Assembly: GCA_023484045.1 (NCBI GenBank)
Contig: JAMDAA010000001.1
Span: forward strand, 1 to 46,950
Direction: 5' to 3'
Length of the DNA stretch: 46,950 nt
DNA from: Patescibacteria group bacterium
Lineage (GTDB): Bacteria; Patescibacteriota; Microgenomatia; Levybacterales; UBA12049
This document shows, one piece after another, positions 9,358-18,538 of this stretch (positions within the stretch are counted from its first letter, which is position 1; each line of letters begins with the position of its first letter). Position numbers and translations under genes: made by a program. Under the pieces are notes generated by a model. That model ran no database searches and had not been told where the DNA came from. It saw only the letters and a list, made by a program, of their open reading frames with translations.

Positions 9358-9388
9358 TCTAATAATCTAGAATCTAGATCGTTAGACT
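9358..9388. repeat. short tcta/taga palindromic element, copy 1
   Basis: tctaataatctagaatctagatcgttagact; tctaataatctaga recurs exactly at 9617-9630. Confidence 0.55.
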
Positions 9389-9575
9389 ATTTAACCATTA
9401 TTAATGTCATCAATTGATGGACTAATGAACTTGTTTTGATGTCTTGAAACATTGAAAACAATTCAGTTTTTGGAATAAGACAAACAGAAATTGTGTTTTA
9501 TTATTTACTGAATGTTTCTCCGTGTGAAAGAGAATACGAAAGAAAAGATTTTTCTCTAGTAATTTAAATTTGTTT

Positions 9576-9596
9576 TTATAATCCGTATTTTTGGAT
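9576..9596. repeat. 21-bp direct repeat (copy of the mltG 3' end)
   Basis: ttataatccgtatttttggat, identical to 11270-11290. Confidence 0.9.
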
Positions 9597-9611
9597 GTTT
9601 GTGCCGAGTCT

Positions 9612-9640
9612 TCTAGTCTAATAATCTAGATCATTAGATT
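9612..9640. repeat. short tcta/taga palindromic element, copy 2
   Basis: tctagtctaataatctagatcattagatt; tctaat/attaga arms around atctagat. Confidence 0.55.
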
Positions 9641-9760
9641 AAAGTGATCAAATTTCCATATCTTACTAACTTCAAGAGATTGAACAATTTAGGGGCAAGA
9701 TTTTTTGCGGAGTACTTAAACTTAAAAAAAAGCTGAAATTAGTGGCGTTCAGTAGAACTT

Positions 9761-9769
9761 TGTTATAAT
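9761..9769 (+). promoter_or_regulatory. extended -10 promoter, predicted leaderless
   Basis: TGtTATAAT, 6 nt, ATG 9776. Confidence 0.55.
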
Positions 9770-9775
9770 ACATTT

Positions 9776-10936
9776 ATGACAGAAACAGGGGAATCAGATT
9801 CTCTTTTAGTCCAAAAAGATAATCCAGGAAGAGTCCTAATTCCTAATTCCAATACTGAAAGCGCAAATTTTACAGAACACTCTATCGGATATAAAAGTAA
9901 AGATTTACAACTTGAGTTTATTAAGCGGTGTATTGAGAATCTGGCGGTAAGGAGAGCCAGTGGGGGCAGAGAATCTGTTATAAATAGACAAAAAATTGAT
10001 GAAATTATAGAATCGATGGAACAGTCGTTTCGGGCAGTCGAAGAACAACCAACTATTTTTGATGTTGATTTTAAAGTACCGGAGGGTTTTGACTTGGAAA
10101 ATCAAGCAAAAAAAGCACTGGGGGATGCTGTAAAAATTATTTATGAATCCGGAATTTTTGACAGAGATATTTTAGTAGACGCTTCAAGATTTGCCGGTCC
10201 CGGTAACACTAAAATAATACAAGACAGGGAAGAATCCCGTTTAAATGTTGTTGACTATTTAAGGATGCTCGACAAAAAACGCCCGAATAGAAGGCAATTT
10301 TTACCTGTTCCGAAAAATAAAGGCGTAAGAAACGAAACAATAACATTAGAAATAGGAGAAAAAGCTCTAATGTATCTCGCAAGCCAGTTTTTGACTAATG
10401 CAAGATTTGTCGGATTAGATTTAGATTGGTCAGATGCTCTAAATTTGGCCTTAATTCTTAGCACTACACATGAGTACGCACATACAATTGATTTTGCGTT
10501 AGATACTAAAGGACGATCAACGCTAGTAAGAGCAGAAAAAGCTGGTTTTTTTAATGAAGAATATTGGAAAGATAGCGGTTTTGAAAAAAGAAGAGTTCAC
10601 CAAGAATGGTTTGCGAGGGGAGTTGAGAAGATGGTATTAAAAAGATATATGCAAAACATATTAAAATATCCTTCGGAAAAAATTGAATCATTATTCCTTT
10701 CTTTTCAAAAAGAAGACTTGGATCTGGCAAAAAAATCTTTCGACATAGTTCAGATTGGTAATAATAAAGGCATGAATGCTCGTGCGTTATCGGAAATTAT
10801 TTGGCTTGATCTTGAAAATGTAGTAGACGATGGTTCACGAGAATATAAAAGGATTCCAGATATTTTTTCTGTAATTAGTTATGGAGCAGAACCATATTCA
10901 GAGGATAAATTAAGACAACTTGCGGGAAAATCTTGA
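9776..10936 (+). CDS. hypothetical protein with HExxH zinc-binding motif (putative zincin metallopeptidase)
   Basis: 386 aa; STTHEYAHTID plus a downstream helix with Glu (HQEWFARGVE); no signal peptide seen. Confidence 0.55.
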   Translation: MTETGESDSLLVQKDNPGRVLIPNSNTESANFTEHSIGYKSKDLQLEFIKRCIENLAVRRASGGRESVINRQKIDEIIESMEQSFRAVEEQPTIFDVDFKVPEGFDLENQAKKALGDAVKIIYESGIFDRDILVDASRFAGPGNTKIIQDREESRLNVVDYLRMLDKKRPNRRQFLPVPKNKGVRNETITLEIGEKALMYLASQFLTNARFVGLDLDWSDALNLALILSTTHEYAHTIDFALDTKGRSTLVRAEKAGFFNEEYWKDSGFEKRRVHQEWFARGVEKMVLKRYMQNILKYPSEKIESLFLSFQKEDLDLAKKSFDIVQIGNNKGMNARALSEIIWLDLENVVDDGSREYKRIPDIFSVISYGAEPYSEDKLRQLAGKS

Positions 10937-10968
10937 CCAAAAGATTAATAGGGTATAATATTATTTCA

Positions 10969-11223
10969 ATGGCAGAGAATTCAGGAGAGATAAATACGGC
11001 AGTCACGGATCAGTTAGCAGTAGCTGATAAAAGTGTTGCTAAAAGTGTAAAGCGGTTTGCAGAGGCGAAGGGAAAGATGGAGGGAATTGAAGAGAAGGTT
11101 GGGCGACTAAATCAACGAATACCCCACATTCCTCCTGTTCAAAAGACCCCAGAAGATTTAAAAAGGGAGTCAGAAATAGAAGAAGAACTTCAGAAAATAA
11201 AACGGGAAGAACTAGGAAAATAA
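10969..11223 (+). CDS. hypothetical charged helical protein (84 aa)
   Basis: ATG 9 nt after TATAAT (10954-10959), TTGACC at 10933 (15-nt spacer, suboptimal); E/K-rich coiled-coil-like. Confidence 0.6.
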   Translation: MAENSGEINTAVTDQLAVADKSVAKSVKRFAEAKGKMEGIEEKVGRLNQRIPHIPPVQKTPEDLKRESEIEEELQKIKREELGK

Positions 11224-11269
11224 AATCAACAATACAACGCTTTTTCCACGAAACCCTAAGAAAAGCTAA

Positions 11270-11290
11270 TTATAATCCGTATTTTTGGAT
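11270..11290. repeat. 21-bp direct repeat, copy within the mltG 3' end
   Basis: identical to 9576-9596; on the minus strand encodes IQKYGL-stop. Confidence 0.9.
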
Positions 11291-12229
11291 ATTGGCGTTG
11301 TGTTCACTTATTGTTTTTGCGTAGTGATTATGGCCGGATTTATCAGATAAATAATAAAAATAATCGGTGCTCGCGGGGTTAATAACCGCTTTTATCGAAT
11401 CGAGTCCGGGGTTTGAGATCGGGCCGGGGGGTAGGCCGACATTTATATAAGTATTATAAGGAGAATCTAATTTTAAATCTTCTATAGTTAAAGATTTTTT
11501 CCACCAGGATTTTTCATCGAGCTGATAACCTAATATGTACTGGATTGTCGCATCGATCTGAAGCGGCATTCCGAGTTCCAATCGATTCATAATAACAGAC
11601 GCAATAAGCGGTCGATCTTCGGGATATTTTGCCTCTCTTTCGATTAGCGACGCAATAGTAATGATTTTATTTTTAGATAATTTTATTTTATTTTGTGGTG
11701 TTATACTTTCGTATTTTGTCTCAAAATTATTTTTAAACATCGAGATAATAAGATTGATATCGGCGTCTTTCGGAATAAGATAAGTATCGGGAAAAAGATA
11801 TCCCTCGTTGTCGATAAGAATTTTTTTCCAAGTCGGTTTATACGTCACTAAATTTGATTGTAAAATCTCGGCTATTTCTTCGGCGCGTTTTCCTTCCGGA
11901 ATCGTAACCCAAACGTCGAGGCTTCCGTGAGTTAAATTTTCCGCGACTTCTTCAGCACTCATGGAGGGGGAAAGTCTGAAATCTCCGGCCTGAATATTTT
12001 TTTCGATCCCTAATTTTTTGATCAAAATAAAAAACACAACAGGATCTCTTATTAGTTTTTTATCTTTAAGATTATTTGATATTTCTCTTACGCCTTCACC
12101 CTTATTTACAACAAAAATTACCTGTGATTTATTAGATTTATTTGTAGGGGAAAGACCGTTATTCCACCAAAATAAACCGGCGACTAAAATAACAACAAGT
12201 ATAATACAAAAAATCAATATTCTCTTCAT
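11270..12229 (-). CDS. mltG: endolytic murein transglycosylase MltG
   Basis: N-terminal TM; TIPEG, EGYLFPDTY, ASLIERE (catalytic Glu), LQIDATIQY, SPYNTY, GLPPGPISNPG. Confidence 0.96.
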   Translation of the reverse strand: MKRILIFCIILVVILVAGLFWWNNGLSPTNKSNKSQVIFVVNKGEGVREISNNLKDKKLIRDPVVFFILIKKLGIEKNIQAGDFRLSPSMSAEEVAENLTHGSLDVWVTIPEGKRAEEIAEILQSNLVTYKPTWKKILIDNEGYLFPDTYLIPKDADINLIISMFKNNFETKYESITPQNKIKLSKNKIITIASLIEREAKYPEDRPLIASVIMNRLELGMPLQIDATIQYILGYQLDEKSWWKKSLTIEDLKLDSPYNTYINVGLPPGPISNPGLDSIKAVINPASTDYFYYLSDKSGHNHYAKTISEHNANIQKYGL

Positions 12230-12243
12230 TTAATTTTTGTCAT

Positions 12244-13521
12244 TCAATACTCGATAATCGGGAAATTAACGATCGAGTCTTTTCCTTCCTTGAGATTATA
12301 CACGTTTTCACTAAAAAGTGTATAGATTATTTCTCCCTTCTGTATTTTTTCACCGATTTTCTTATTCAAAAAAATTCCTGCACCTTTTTGTTTCGGCGCG
12401 CCCAAAACTTTTGTGACGATCGTCGCGTTTTTACTGTGAATTTGTTTGACTGTTCCGCTTTTTTTGGCTTTAACTTCAAACAAATGTTTTCCGGGTTGCA
12501 GATCTTCACTATCGATATCAGGATTCCCACCTTGGGCCTTAATTATCTCCTGCATTTTTTTAAATGCGTCGCCCGACTGTAAAATATTGGTTGCCCAACC
12601 GATCGAATTTCCGTAGTTTTTTTTGACATCATTTTTTAATTTTTCCGATGAATCTTTTAGACAGAGATCAAGTAGGTTTCCGGCGAGATTTAAAGCCCTA
12701 ATTTCAAGATCAACCGGCCGATTTTCTTTTTGTTGTAAAACTCTGATTGCTTCCCTTGTTTCAAGAATCGGACCGATACCGCGTCCGGCCGGCTCGTCGG
12801 TTCTATGAGTAAGTACTTTTATTTTTATGTCAAATTTTCCTGCGAGATATTCAAATTTATCTTTAAGAATATTTGCGTCTTTGATCGTATGAACTTTTAC
12901 CATTTCGCCGTAGGGGAGATCAATCACTACATGGTTTGACCCGAATGCTATTTTTTTTGCCATGATCGATACTAAAATTTTGTCAAAACTTTCGAAAAGT
13001 AGTGGTTCTTCAACATGTATGATAATGTCGTCGGCCGGTGCAATTTTAAAACTTCCTCCCCAAACAATACACCCGTTTGTTTTCTCGACGATCTTATAAA
13101 TTTGTTCTCGCGTAAATGTTACAGGTGCTAAAACTTCCATGTCATCTGCGGTCCCGCCGGGAGTCGTTATTGCGCGCGATGAACTTTTCGGAATCGTAAA
13201 TCCGGCCGATGCGACAATCGGTACAACGATTAAGGTAGTTCTTGTTCCTGGAACGCCTCCGATAGAATGTTTGTCTGCGACGATTCCTTTAAACTTTAAT
13301 TTTTCACCGGTTTCGACCATCGCTTTTGTCAAATAATAAAGTTCCTGATTGGAAAAACCTTTTGAGTAACCCGATGCGGCAAAATAAGTTGTCAAAACAT
13401 TACTCAATTTTTTACTCGAAATTTGATCCATTATCGCATAAAGTTCTTCGTAGTTTAATTTTTTTCCGACTAATTTTTTCCTGATCGCGTCAAGCGCCAG
13501 GCTTTCGTTTCCATCTGTCAT
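12244..13521 (-). CDS. AMP phosphorylase-type / thymidine phosphorylase family nucleoside phosphorylase
   Basis: DKHSIGGVPG and IPKSSSRAITTPGGTAD are the archaeal AMP-phosphorylase-like variants of the family motifs; SD aaggag upstream. Confidence 0.85.
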   Translation of the reverse strand: MTDGNESLALDAIRKKLVGKKLNYEELYAIMDQISSKKLSNVLTTYFAASGYSKGFSNQELYYLTKAMVETGEKLKFKGIVADKHSIGGVPGTRTTLIVVPIVASAGFTIPKSSSRAITTPGGTADDMEVLAPVTFTREQIYKIVEKTNGCIVWGGSFKIAPADDIIIHVEEPLLFESFDKILVSIMAKKIAFGSNHVVIDLPYGEMVKVHTIKDANILKDKFEYLAGKFDIKIKVLTHRTDEPAGRGIGPILETREAIRVLQQKENRPVDLEIRALNLAGNLLDLCLKDSSEKLKNDVKKNYGNSIGWATNILQSGDAFKKMQEIIKAQGGNPDIDSEDLQPGKHLFEVKAKKSGTVKQIHSKNATIVTKVLGAPKQKGAGIFLNKKIGEKIQKGEIIYTLFSENVYNLKEGKDSIVNFPIIEY

Positions 13522-13667
13522 TAATGTTCTCCTTTTATTTGTTTAAAAGCGTATGAAGCAAGACTTTTTATTATAGAAATTATAAAATATAAAGCAGAAT
13601 TAATTATTCGGTAAATCGCTGGCCAGATTTTTTTGAGAAAAATAATGAATCTGTTTTCTTCGCGCAT
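13521..13667 (-). CDS. small amphipathic protein (48 aa), not in the ORF track
   Basis: MREENRFIIFLKKIWPAIYRIINSALYFIISIIKSLASYAFKQIKGEH; starts 3 nt after the sortase stop; its TAA overlaps the phosphorylase ATG (TAATG). Confidence 0.7.
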   Translation of the reverse strand: MREENRFIIFLKKIWPAIYRIINSALYFIISIIKSLASYAFKQIKGEH

Positions 13668-13670
13668 GTT

Positions 13671-14405
13671 TTATATTTTTTCGAGTCTTGCTTTGACAAG
13701 TAGTCTTTTCCAGGTTGTGCCGGGGGGCGTACAGGTTACCAAAGTTATATAACTATCATCATAATTTTGGCTAAAAATAGACGGATCGTCAGGATTAACG
13801 ACAGTAATATTAAATATCCGATACAAATATTCAATATCCTCTATTTTTACCCGAATTTCGTCCCCTGGTTTTAAGAGATAAATTGTGGCAAAAATTGTTT
13901 TGTAATCGTTTGGGTTAAAAAGCTGGGGTAACGTTGAGTGCCCGACGATTACGGCAGTGCCTTTATTCGGCGGAATCGCGGTACCAATGTAATCTATTAG
14001 ATGTTTACCTATATCGAAATCGGTTGTTGAAACAATTGCGTCTTTTATTCCGAGTTTTGATATTGATAGCGTGTAAGATGATATCTTTGGCGAATTCTGT
14101 TCTATTTTATGGATCGGAAACCAGTTTTGCGCATTAGTGTAATCGATCCCATTAATTTTTTCGGCGGTCGTTGTGATTAAACTTTCGATCGTTGATTTAT
14201 TAACAATTGTAGTTTTTGGTATTGGTGCCGCGAGTTCATTGGACGCAAAAACCGGCGCGAAATATATTTGCCAAGATATTAATGGAAAGAAAATATATAA
14301 GGTCGCGATAAAACCAAGAAGTGCGACTAAAAAACTTCCCAATTGTAAAATCTTTCGAAAACTAATTTTTATTCTTGCCTTACTTTTTAAATAATATTTA
14401 GTCAT
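13671..14405 (-). CDS. sortase family protein
   Basis: N-terminal TM; GHS (His), LVTC (Cys) and KR (Arg) catalytic triad. Confidence 0.92.
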   Translation of the reverse strand: MTKYYLKSKARIKISFRKILQLGSFLVALLGFIATLYIFFPLISWQIYFAPVFASNELAAPIPKTTIVNKSTIESLITTTAEKINGIDYTNAQNWFPIHKIEQNSPKISSYTLSISKLGIKDAIVSTTDFDIGKHLIDYIGTAIPPNKGTAVIVGHSTLPQLFNPNDYKTIFATIYLLKPGDEIRVKIEDIEYLYRIFNITVVNPDDPSIFSQNYDDSYITLVTCTPPGTTWKRLLVKARLEKI

Positions 14406-16731
14406 TACTATTGATAATTATTTTAATATTTCTTGCTTTTTGGGGTAGAATTTCCGGCAAAAACGGTATATTCGGAGAAAGAAATATAGATGAACCGGAT
14501 ACTTGAGGAAGTTTTGATAAAACTTCTTTTGCTTCTTTAAAAGATTTCCCTTTTATTTTTTCGGTCATTTTTTTTTCATCGATTTTCGATAGTAAAGAAG
14601 CTTTAATCGCAATAGTTCCCGTAACTTCTTTTTCATTTTTAATTTTTGGATTTTTAATTGAAGGATCTAGATTATTGATTACCATATCTTGAATGTCATT
14701 CTTTAGAAGATTGGCCGAAAAAGATTTAAGATCTTCGTTTAGATAAGAAAGTACGGTGTAGTCGATAGTTGCTTTAAGCGAGACAGAACTTGTTTCGTCT
14801 CCCGGTTTTTTGCTGAATTGTTTCTTGGAAAGAGTAATATCGGAGAAAACAGGAATTATCGAACTGTCAGAATTAATTTTTTTAATTATATCGTCCTTTG
14901 CTTTTTTCTCGAATTTTTTTGTAACTTCATCGGTTAATTTATCGACGTCATCTTTAGAGACGATCGTAATTTCTTTTTTCGTTCCGCCCGAAAACGCAGA
15001 ATCGTTTTTTGCAACAATTGTCGCTGTTGGATAGGAACTGATTGTAAATTTGGTACCTGATGGAAGATTATATTCTTTTCCAATTTCTTTTGCCGTAACG
15101 TCAGCCTTTTTGGTTACAGGCAGAGAACTCGCATCTCCCGAACCCGAAGAAATCGTAACATCTTTATCCAGAGTAAAATGCAGGTCGTTCGGCGATACGA
15201 TAGTTGTACCTGCGGGGAGAGTTTTTTCTTCTGTAAAACGACTGTACAAGGTGATCGACCCCTTTGCTTTGTCGCCGGTTTCTTTTTTTCCTGTCGCAGG
15301 AGTTGACGTGTCGCCACTCTCTGAAACAGAAATCGGTTTTCCCGCGATTATGTTTTTAGAAAAGTCGGTTTTTTTATCGATGACAAAGCTTATATCCTGG
15401 TTTTTTTCGACCGATTTCGGGTTAATATTTAATGTGACTTCTGCGCCGAGATAAAAAATATAGAAAACAAATAAGAGAATCAAAAGAGTGATTATAACCG
15501 GAGGAATAAAAATAATTTTGTTGCCAGATTTTAAAAATGAAGATGAGAACATTTTTTTGAAAGGAATGATTCGTATTATTCTGATCGGCAAAGCAAATAT
15601 ATTTTTAAAGATATTTCTTTTTTCTTTCATTCGATAATTTATTTGAATTTCTTCCGGCGCATTTGTCTCTTCTATTGTCTCTTTTTGTGGTTTTTGTTTT
15701 TCATCTTTTTCTTGTGTTTGTTTAAATCCCCTTGGGTTTTCAAACCTTTCCTCGCTTTTTTCGATCTCCTCTTTTTTTATTTTTTCGCCAATTTCTTCCG
15801 GAATTTCTTCCGGTTTAATTTCTGTTTTTAAAACATCCAGTTCTTTTACAAAACCGAAACTTTCTTCCTCGATATTTATTTTTTCGGGCTTTTTATCCGT
15901 TTCGATAATTTTTTCTTCGATTCTTGTTCGTGACCCATCGGTTACTAATTTTTCTTTCTGGGCGTCTTCTCCTAAAACTTCAAAGCCCATCTGGGTTGCC
16001 GCGCCGAAAAGTATAGCTTGGGAATCAAAACCTCTCGGAAGATTAACGATTTGGGGAACGTGTAAAAAGGGTAAACTTTTACTCCAAGTGTGACCGATAA
16101 ATTCCTGTGCCAGTTCTTCATTTTCCTTATCGTTGTAAATAATAATTCTGGATGGTAATACTTCGTAGTCTGTGAAATGATGCAGGATTCGATCGGTAGT
16201 TTTAGGAATAGGGTCTTCGATTTTTGTGGTTTTTGTTTCAATAATTTTTCCGGCCCGAACAAGAGAAACTGTAATATTTTTTTTGTCGACCTCAATAAGA
16301 ATCGCAGAAACAGGTGCTCCTTCTTCCTGTTGCAAATGGTGAGTAATTGCTTCTTGTATAACTAAAAACCCGATTGGCGAAAGGCCTAGGTCATCACTTG
16401 CTTTTTTAAGCTTGACAAGATACTCGTGTTTTATTTTTGATTGTTCGACCCAATTTTGTTTTACACCAAAAACCGTTTTTAATGTTTCGGTGTTTTCGGG
16501 AAGAGAGCTTTCAGCGATTGAAATTGCTTTATCCATCGTGTCGATTAACTCTTCCTCTGTGATATTTTCGATAGAGTCTTTAAAATACTCTTCGTTTTTT
16601 CCGATTACTTTAATTTTTGCTGCGATAACCTCAAAAACAACGGCGCTTATTTTTTCGTCTCTTAAAAGAAGAGCTAGATAATGCTCCGGCTTTTCTTTCT
16701 TTCCAAAAATCGAAGGCAGAGAAAGTTTCAT
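14398..16731 (-). CDS. membrane protein: N-terminal FtsA/PilM-like domain, acidic linker, TM helix, baseplate-J-like C-terminal domain
   Basis: N-terminal LALLLRDEKISAVVF and AILIEVDKKNITVSLV beta-strand pattern; TM IIFIPPVIITLLILLFVFYIFYL; C-terminal GSITLY...LPAGT...F...V.A...G..YNL pattern. Confidence 0.5.
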   Translation of the reverse strand: MKLSLPSIFGKKEKPEHYLALLLRDEKISAVVFEVIAAKIKVIGKNEEYFKDSIENITEEELIDTMDKAISIAESSLPENTETLKTVFGVKQNWVEQSKIKHEYLVKLKKASDDLGLSPIGFLVIQEAITHHLQQEEGAPVSAILIEVDKKNITVSLVRAGKIIETKTTKIEDPIPKTTDRILHHFTDYEVLPSRIIIYNDKENEELAQEFIGHTWSKSLPFLHVPQIVNLPRGFDSQAILFGAATQMGFEVLGEDAQKEKLVTDGSRTRIEEKIIETDKKPEKINIEEESFGFVKELDVLKTEIKPEEIPEEIGEKIKKEEIEKSEERFENPRGFKQTQEKDEKQKPQKETIEETNAPEEIQINYRMKEKRNIFKNIFALPIRIIRIIPFKKMFSSSFLKSGNKIIFIPPVIITLLILLFVFYIFYLGAEVTLNINPKSVEKNQDISFVIDKKTDFSKNIIAGKPISVSESGDTSTPATGKKETGDKAKGSITLYSRFTEEKTLPAGTTIVSPNDLHFTLDKDVTISSGSGDASSLPVTKKADVTAKEIGKEYNLPSGTKFTISSYPTATIVAKNDSAFSGGTKKEITIVSKDDVDKLTDEVTKKFEKKAKDDIIKKINSDSSIIPVFSDITLSKKQFSKKPGDETSSVSLKATIDYTVLSYLNEDLKSFSANLLKNDIQDMVINNLDPSIKNPKIKNEKEVTGTIAIKASLLSKIDEKKMTEKIKGKSFKEAKEVLSKLPQVSGSSIFLSPNIPFLPEILPQKARNIKIIINSND

Positions 16732-16732
16732 A

Positions 16733-18532
16733 TTAATTTTCGAGTTTCGCGTAGATTCGGCGTTGTCCGTGACCGATATTCTCTTGCTTTATTATAGTAA
16801 ACCTTTTGAGCTTACCTGTAAAATCCACGTGCGGTCCGCCACAAATTTCTTTACTAAAACCATTAATTATATAAACTTTTACTTTATCGGCATATTTTTC
16901 AGTAAAAAAACCTAAAGCACCAGATTTTAACGCTTCTTCTTTATCTACTATTTCAAAAGTTACCGGCAAATTTTCGTTGATCTTTTCGTTTATCAAATCT
17001 TCGATTTGTCTTATTTCTTCGTCTGTCAATTTTTCTGAGTGTGAAAAGTCAAAACGCAAACGCTCGACAGTAATATTGCTTCCCTTTTGTTCTACGTGAC
17101 TACCTAATATTTTTCTTAAAGCAGCGTGTAATAAGTGAGTCGCGGTGTGATATTTTATCGACATTTCGGAATTGTCTATTAACCCTCCTTTGAATTTTTT
17201 CTGGGCACCTGCTCTTGACAGTTTTTGGTGTTCTTCCATTTTTTTTGCAAATTCCTGTTCGTTAAATTCATATCCTAAGCTTTTTATTTGCGTCGGAGAA
17301 AGCCCGTGAGTAGAATAGAGAAGAAACGCATCATCGGACGAGATCGTTGAGACACCTTTTAGTTCATCTCCGATTTTATATTTTTTTTCGATCAATATTT
17401 TTGCTTTTTCGCGGGTCGTTAGATAAGATTGCTCTTCTTCTAAAATTGTGTTTTTGATATTTTCGAATTTTTGATCCAAATCGGGATCTGTTTCTTTGTA
17501 TTGTCCAATAATAGATTCGATTATCGACGTAATTTCTTTCCCGCCGATTTGATAAAAATTGTCGAAACCTCTCCTTATTAATCTTCTTAAAATATACCCC
17601 TGTTCTTTGTTCGACGGGGTGATATTTGATGCCGTTATAAAAGTTGATGCAATAAAATGATCTGTCATTATCCTCATTTCTTTTTTATGATCCTCGTATT
17701 TTTTCCCTGTTTCATTCTCGATAGCTTTTATTATTGGAGAAAAAAGACTTGTTTGAAAAATATCTGATTTATTTTCAATAGCGGCTAGTAATCTTTCTAA
17801 TCCGCCTCCAAAATCGACATTTTTTTGTGACAATTTTTCAAAATCATTATTCCGTATTTTCTTGTATTCCATAAAGACACTGTTTCCGATTTCTAAGAAT
17901 TTTTCACAGTCGCAGTTTATATGACATCTTTCGCCGTATTTTTTATCGTGTTCTATTCCCAAATCAAAAAACACTTCGCTGTCTGGCCCGCCCGGTTCAC
18001 CAATCGGCATGTCTTTTGGAATACCTGATCTTGACCACCAATTTTGTTTTGGTCCATAATAAAAAATTCTATTTTGTGAATTTATTCCAGCATTTTCAAA
18101 AAGATTTTTCCAAATCTTTGCCGATTCTTCGTCTTTTGGAATATCATCAAAGCCCTTAAAAACACTAACATAAAGCTTATTAGTTGGTAGCCCCAAACCT
18201 TTTGTTAAAAATTCAAAAAACCACGGAATTTGTTCACTTTTAAAATAATCACCCAAACTCCAATTTCCGAGCATTCTGAAAAACGTGATATGTCGATTGT
18301 CGCCGACCTCATCAACATCCTGCGCCCTAAAACAATTTTGAACATTCACCAATCTTTTTCCCATTGGGTGCAGTTCACCCAAAAAGTAGGGGACCAAAGG
18401 TTGCATACCCGAACTCGTAAAAAGGGTAGTCGGGTCGTTTTGCGGAACAATTGGCGAATTTTCGATCCTTTTATGTCCGCGTTTCTCAAAAAAAGAAATA
18501 TAAATATCGATAATTTCCCGCGCATTCAACAT
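16733..18532 (-). CDS. alaS: alanine--tRNA ligase (short form without C-Ala domain)
   Basis: DPTTLFTSSGMQP, RHITFFRMLGNWSLGDYFK, DFGGGLER, editing-domain HTATHLLH and EICGGPH; 599 aa. Confidence 0.96.
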   Translation of the reverse strand: MLNAREIIDIYISFFEKRGHKRIENSPIVPQNDPTTLFTSSGMQPLVPYFLGELHPMGKRLVNVQNCFRAQDVDEVGDNRHITFFRMLGNWSLGDYFKSEQIPWFFEFLTKGLGLPTNKLYVSVFKGFDDIPKDEESAKIWKNLFENAGINSQNRIFYYGPKQNWWSRSGIPKDMPIGEPGGPDSEVFFDLGIEHDKKYGERCHINCDCEKFLEIGNSVFMEYKKIRNNDFEKLSQKNVDFGGGLERLLAAIENKSDIFQTSLFSPIIKAIENETGKKYEDHKKEMRIMTDHFIASTFITASNITPSNKEQGYILRRLIRRGFDNFYQIGGKEITSIIESIIGQYKETDPDLDQKFENIKNTILEEEQSYLTTREKAKILIEKKYKIGDELKGVSTISSDDAFLLYSTHGLSPTQIKSLGYEFNEQEFAKKMEEHQKLSRAGAQKKFKGGLIDNSEMSIKYHTATHLLHAALRKILGSHVEQKGSNITVERLRFDFSHSEKLTDEEIRQIEDLINEKINENLPVTFEIVDKEEALKSGALGFFTEKYADKVKVYIINGFSKEICGGPHVDFTGKLKRFTIIKQENIGHGQRRIYAKLEN

Positions 18533-18538
18533 ACTTGA

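Larger units (their letters stand above)
9576..11290. mobile_element. putative integrated mini-cassette (two genes, no integrase) at the mltG 3' end
   Basis: two unrecognised genes bounded by an exact 21-bp direct repeat that includes the mltG stop codon. Confidence 0.55.

Noticed and set aside
9390-9612. Minus-strand frame EDSAQTSKNTDYKNKFKL...FRIL resembling a decayed four-helix-bundle (IVS) gene between the tcta hairpins
   Set aside because: The resembling core is the out-of-frame reading of the 21-bp mltG duplication; there is no start codon and the similarity is too weak.
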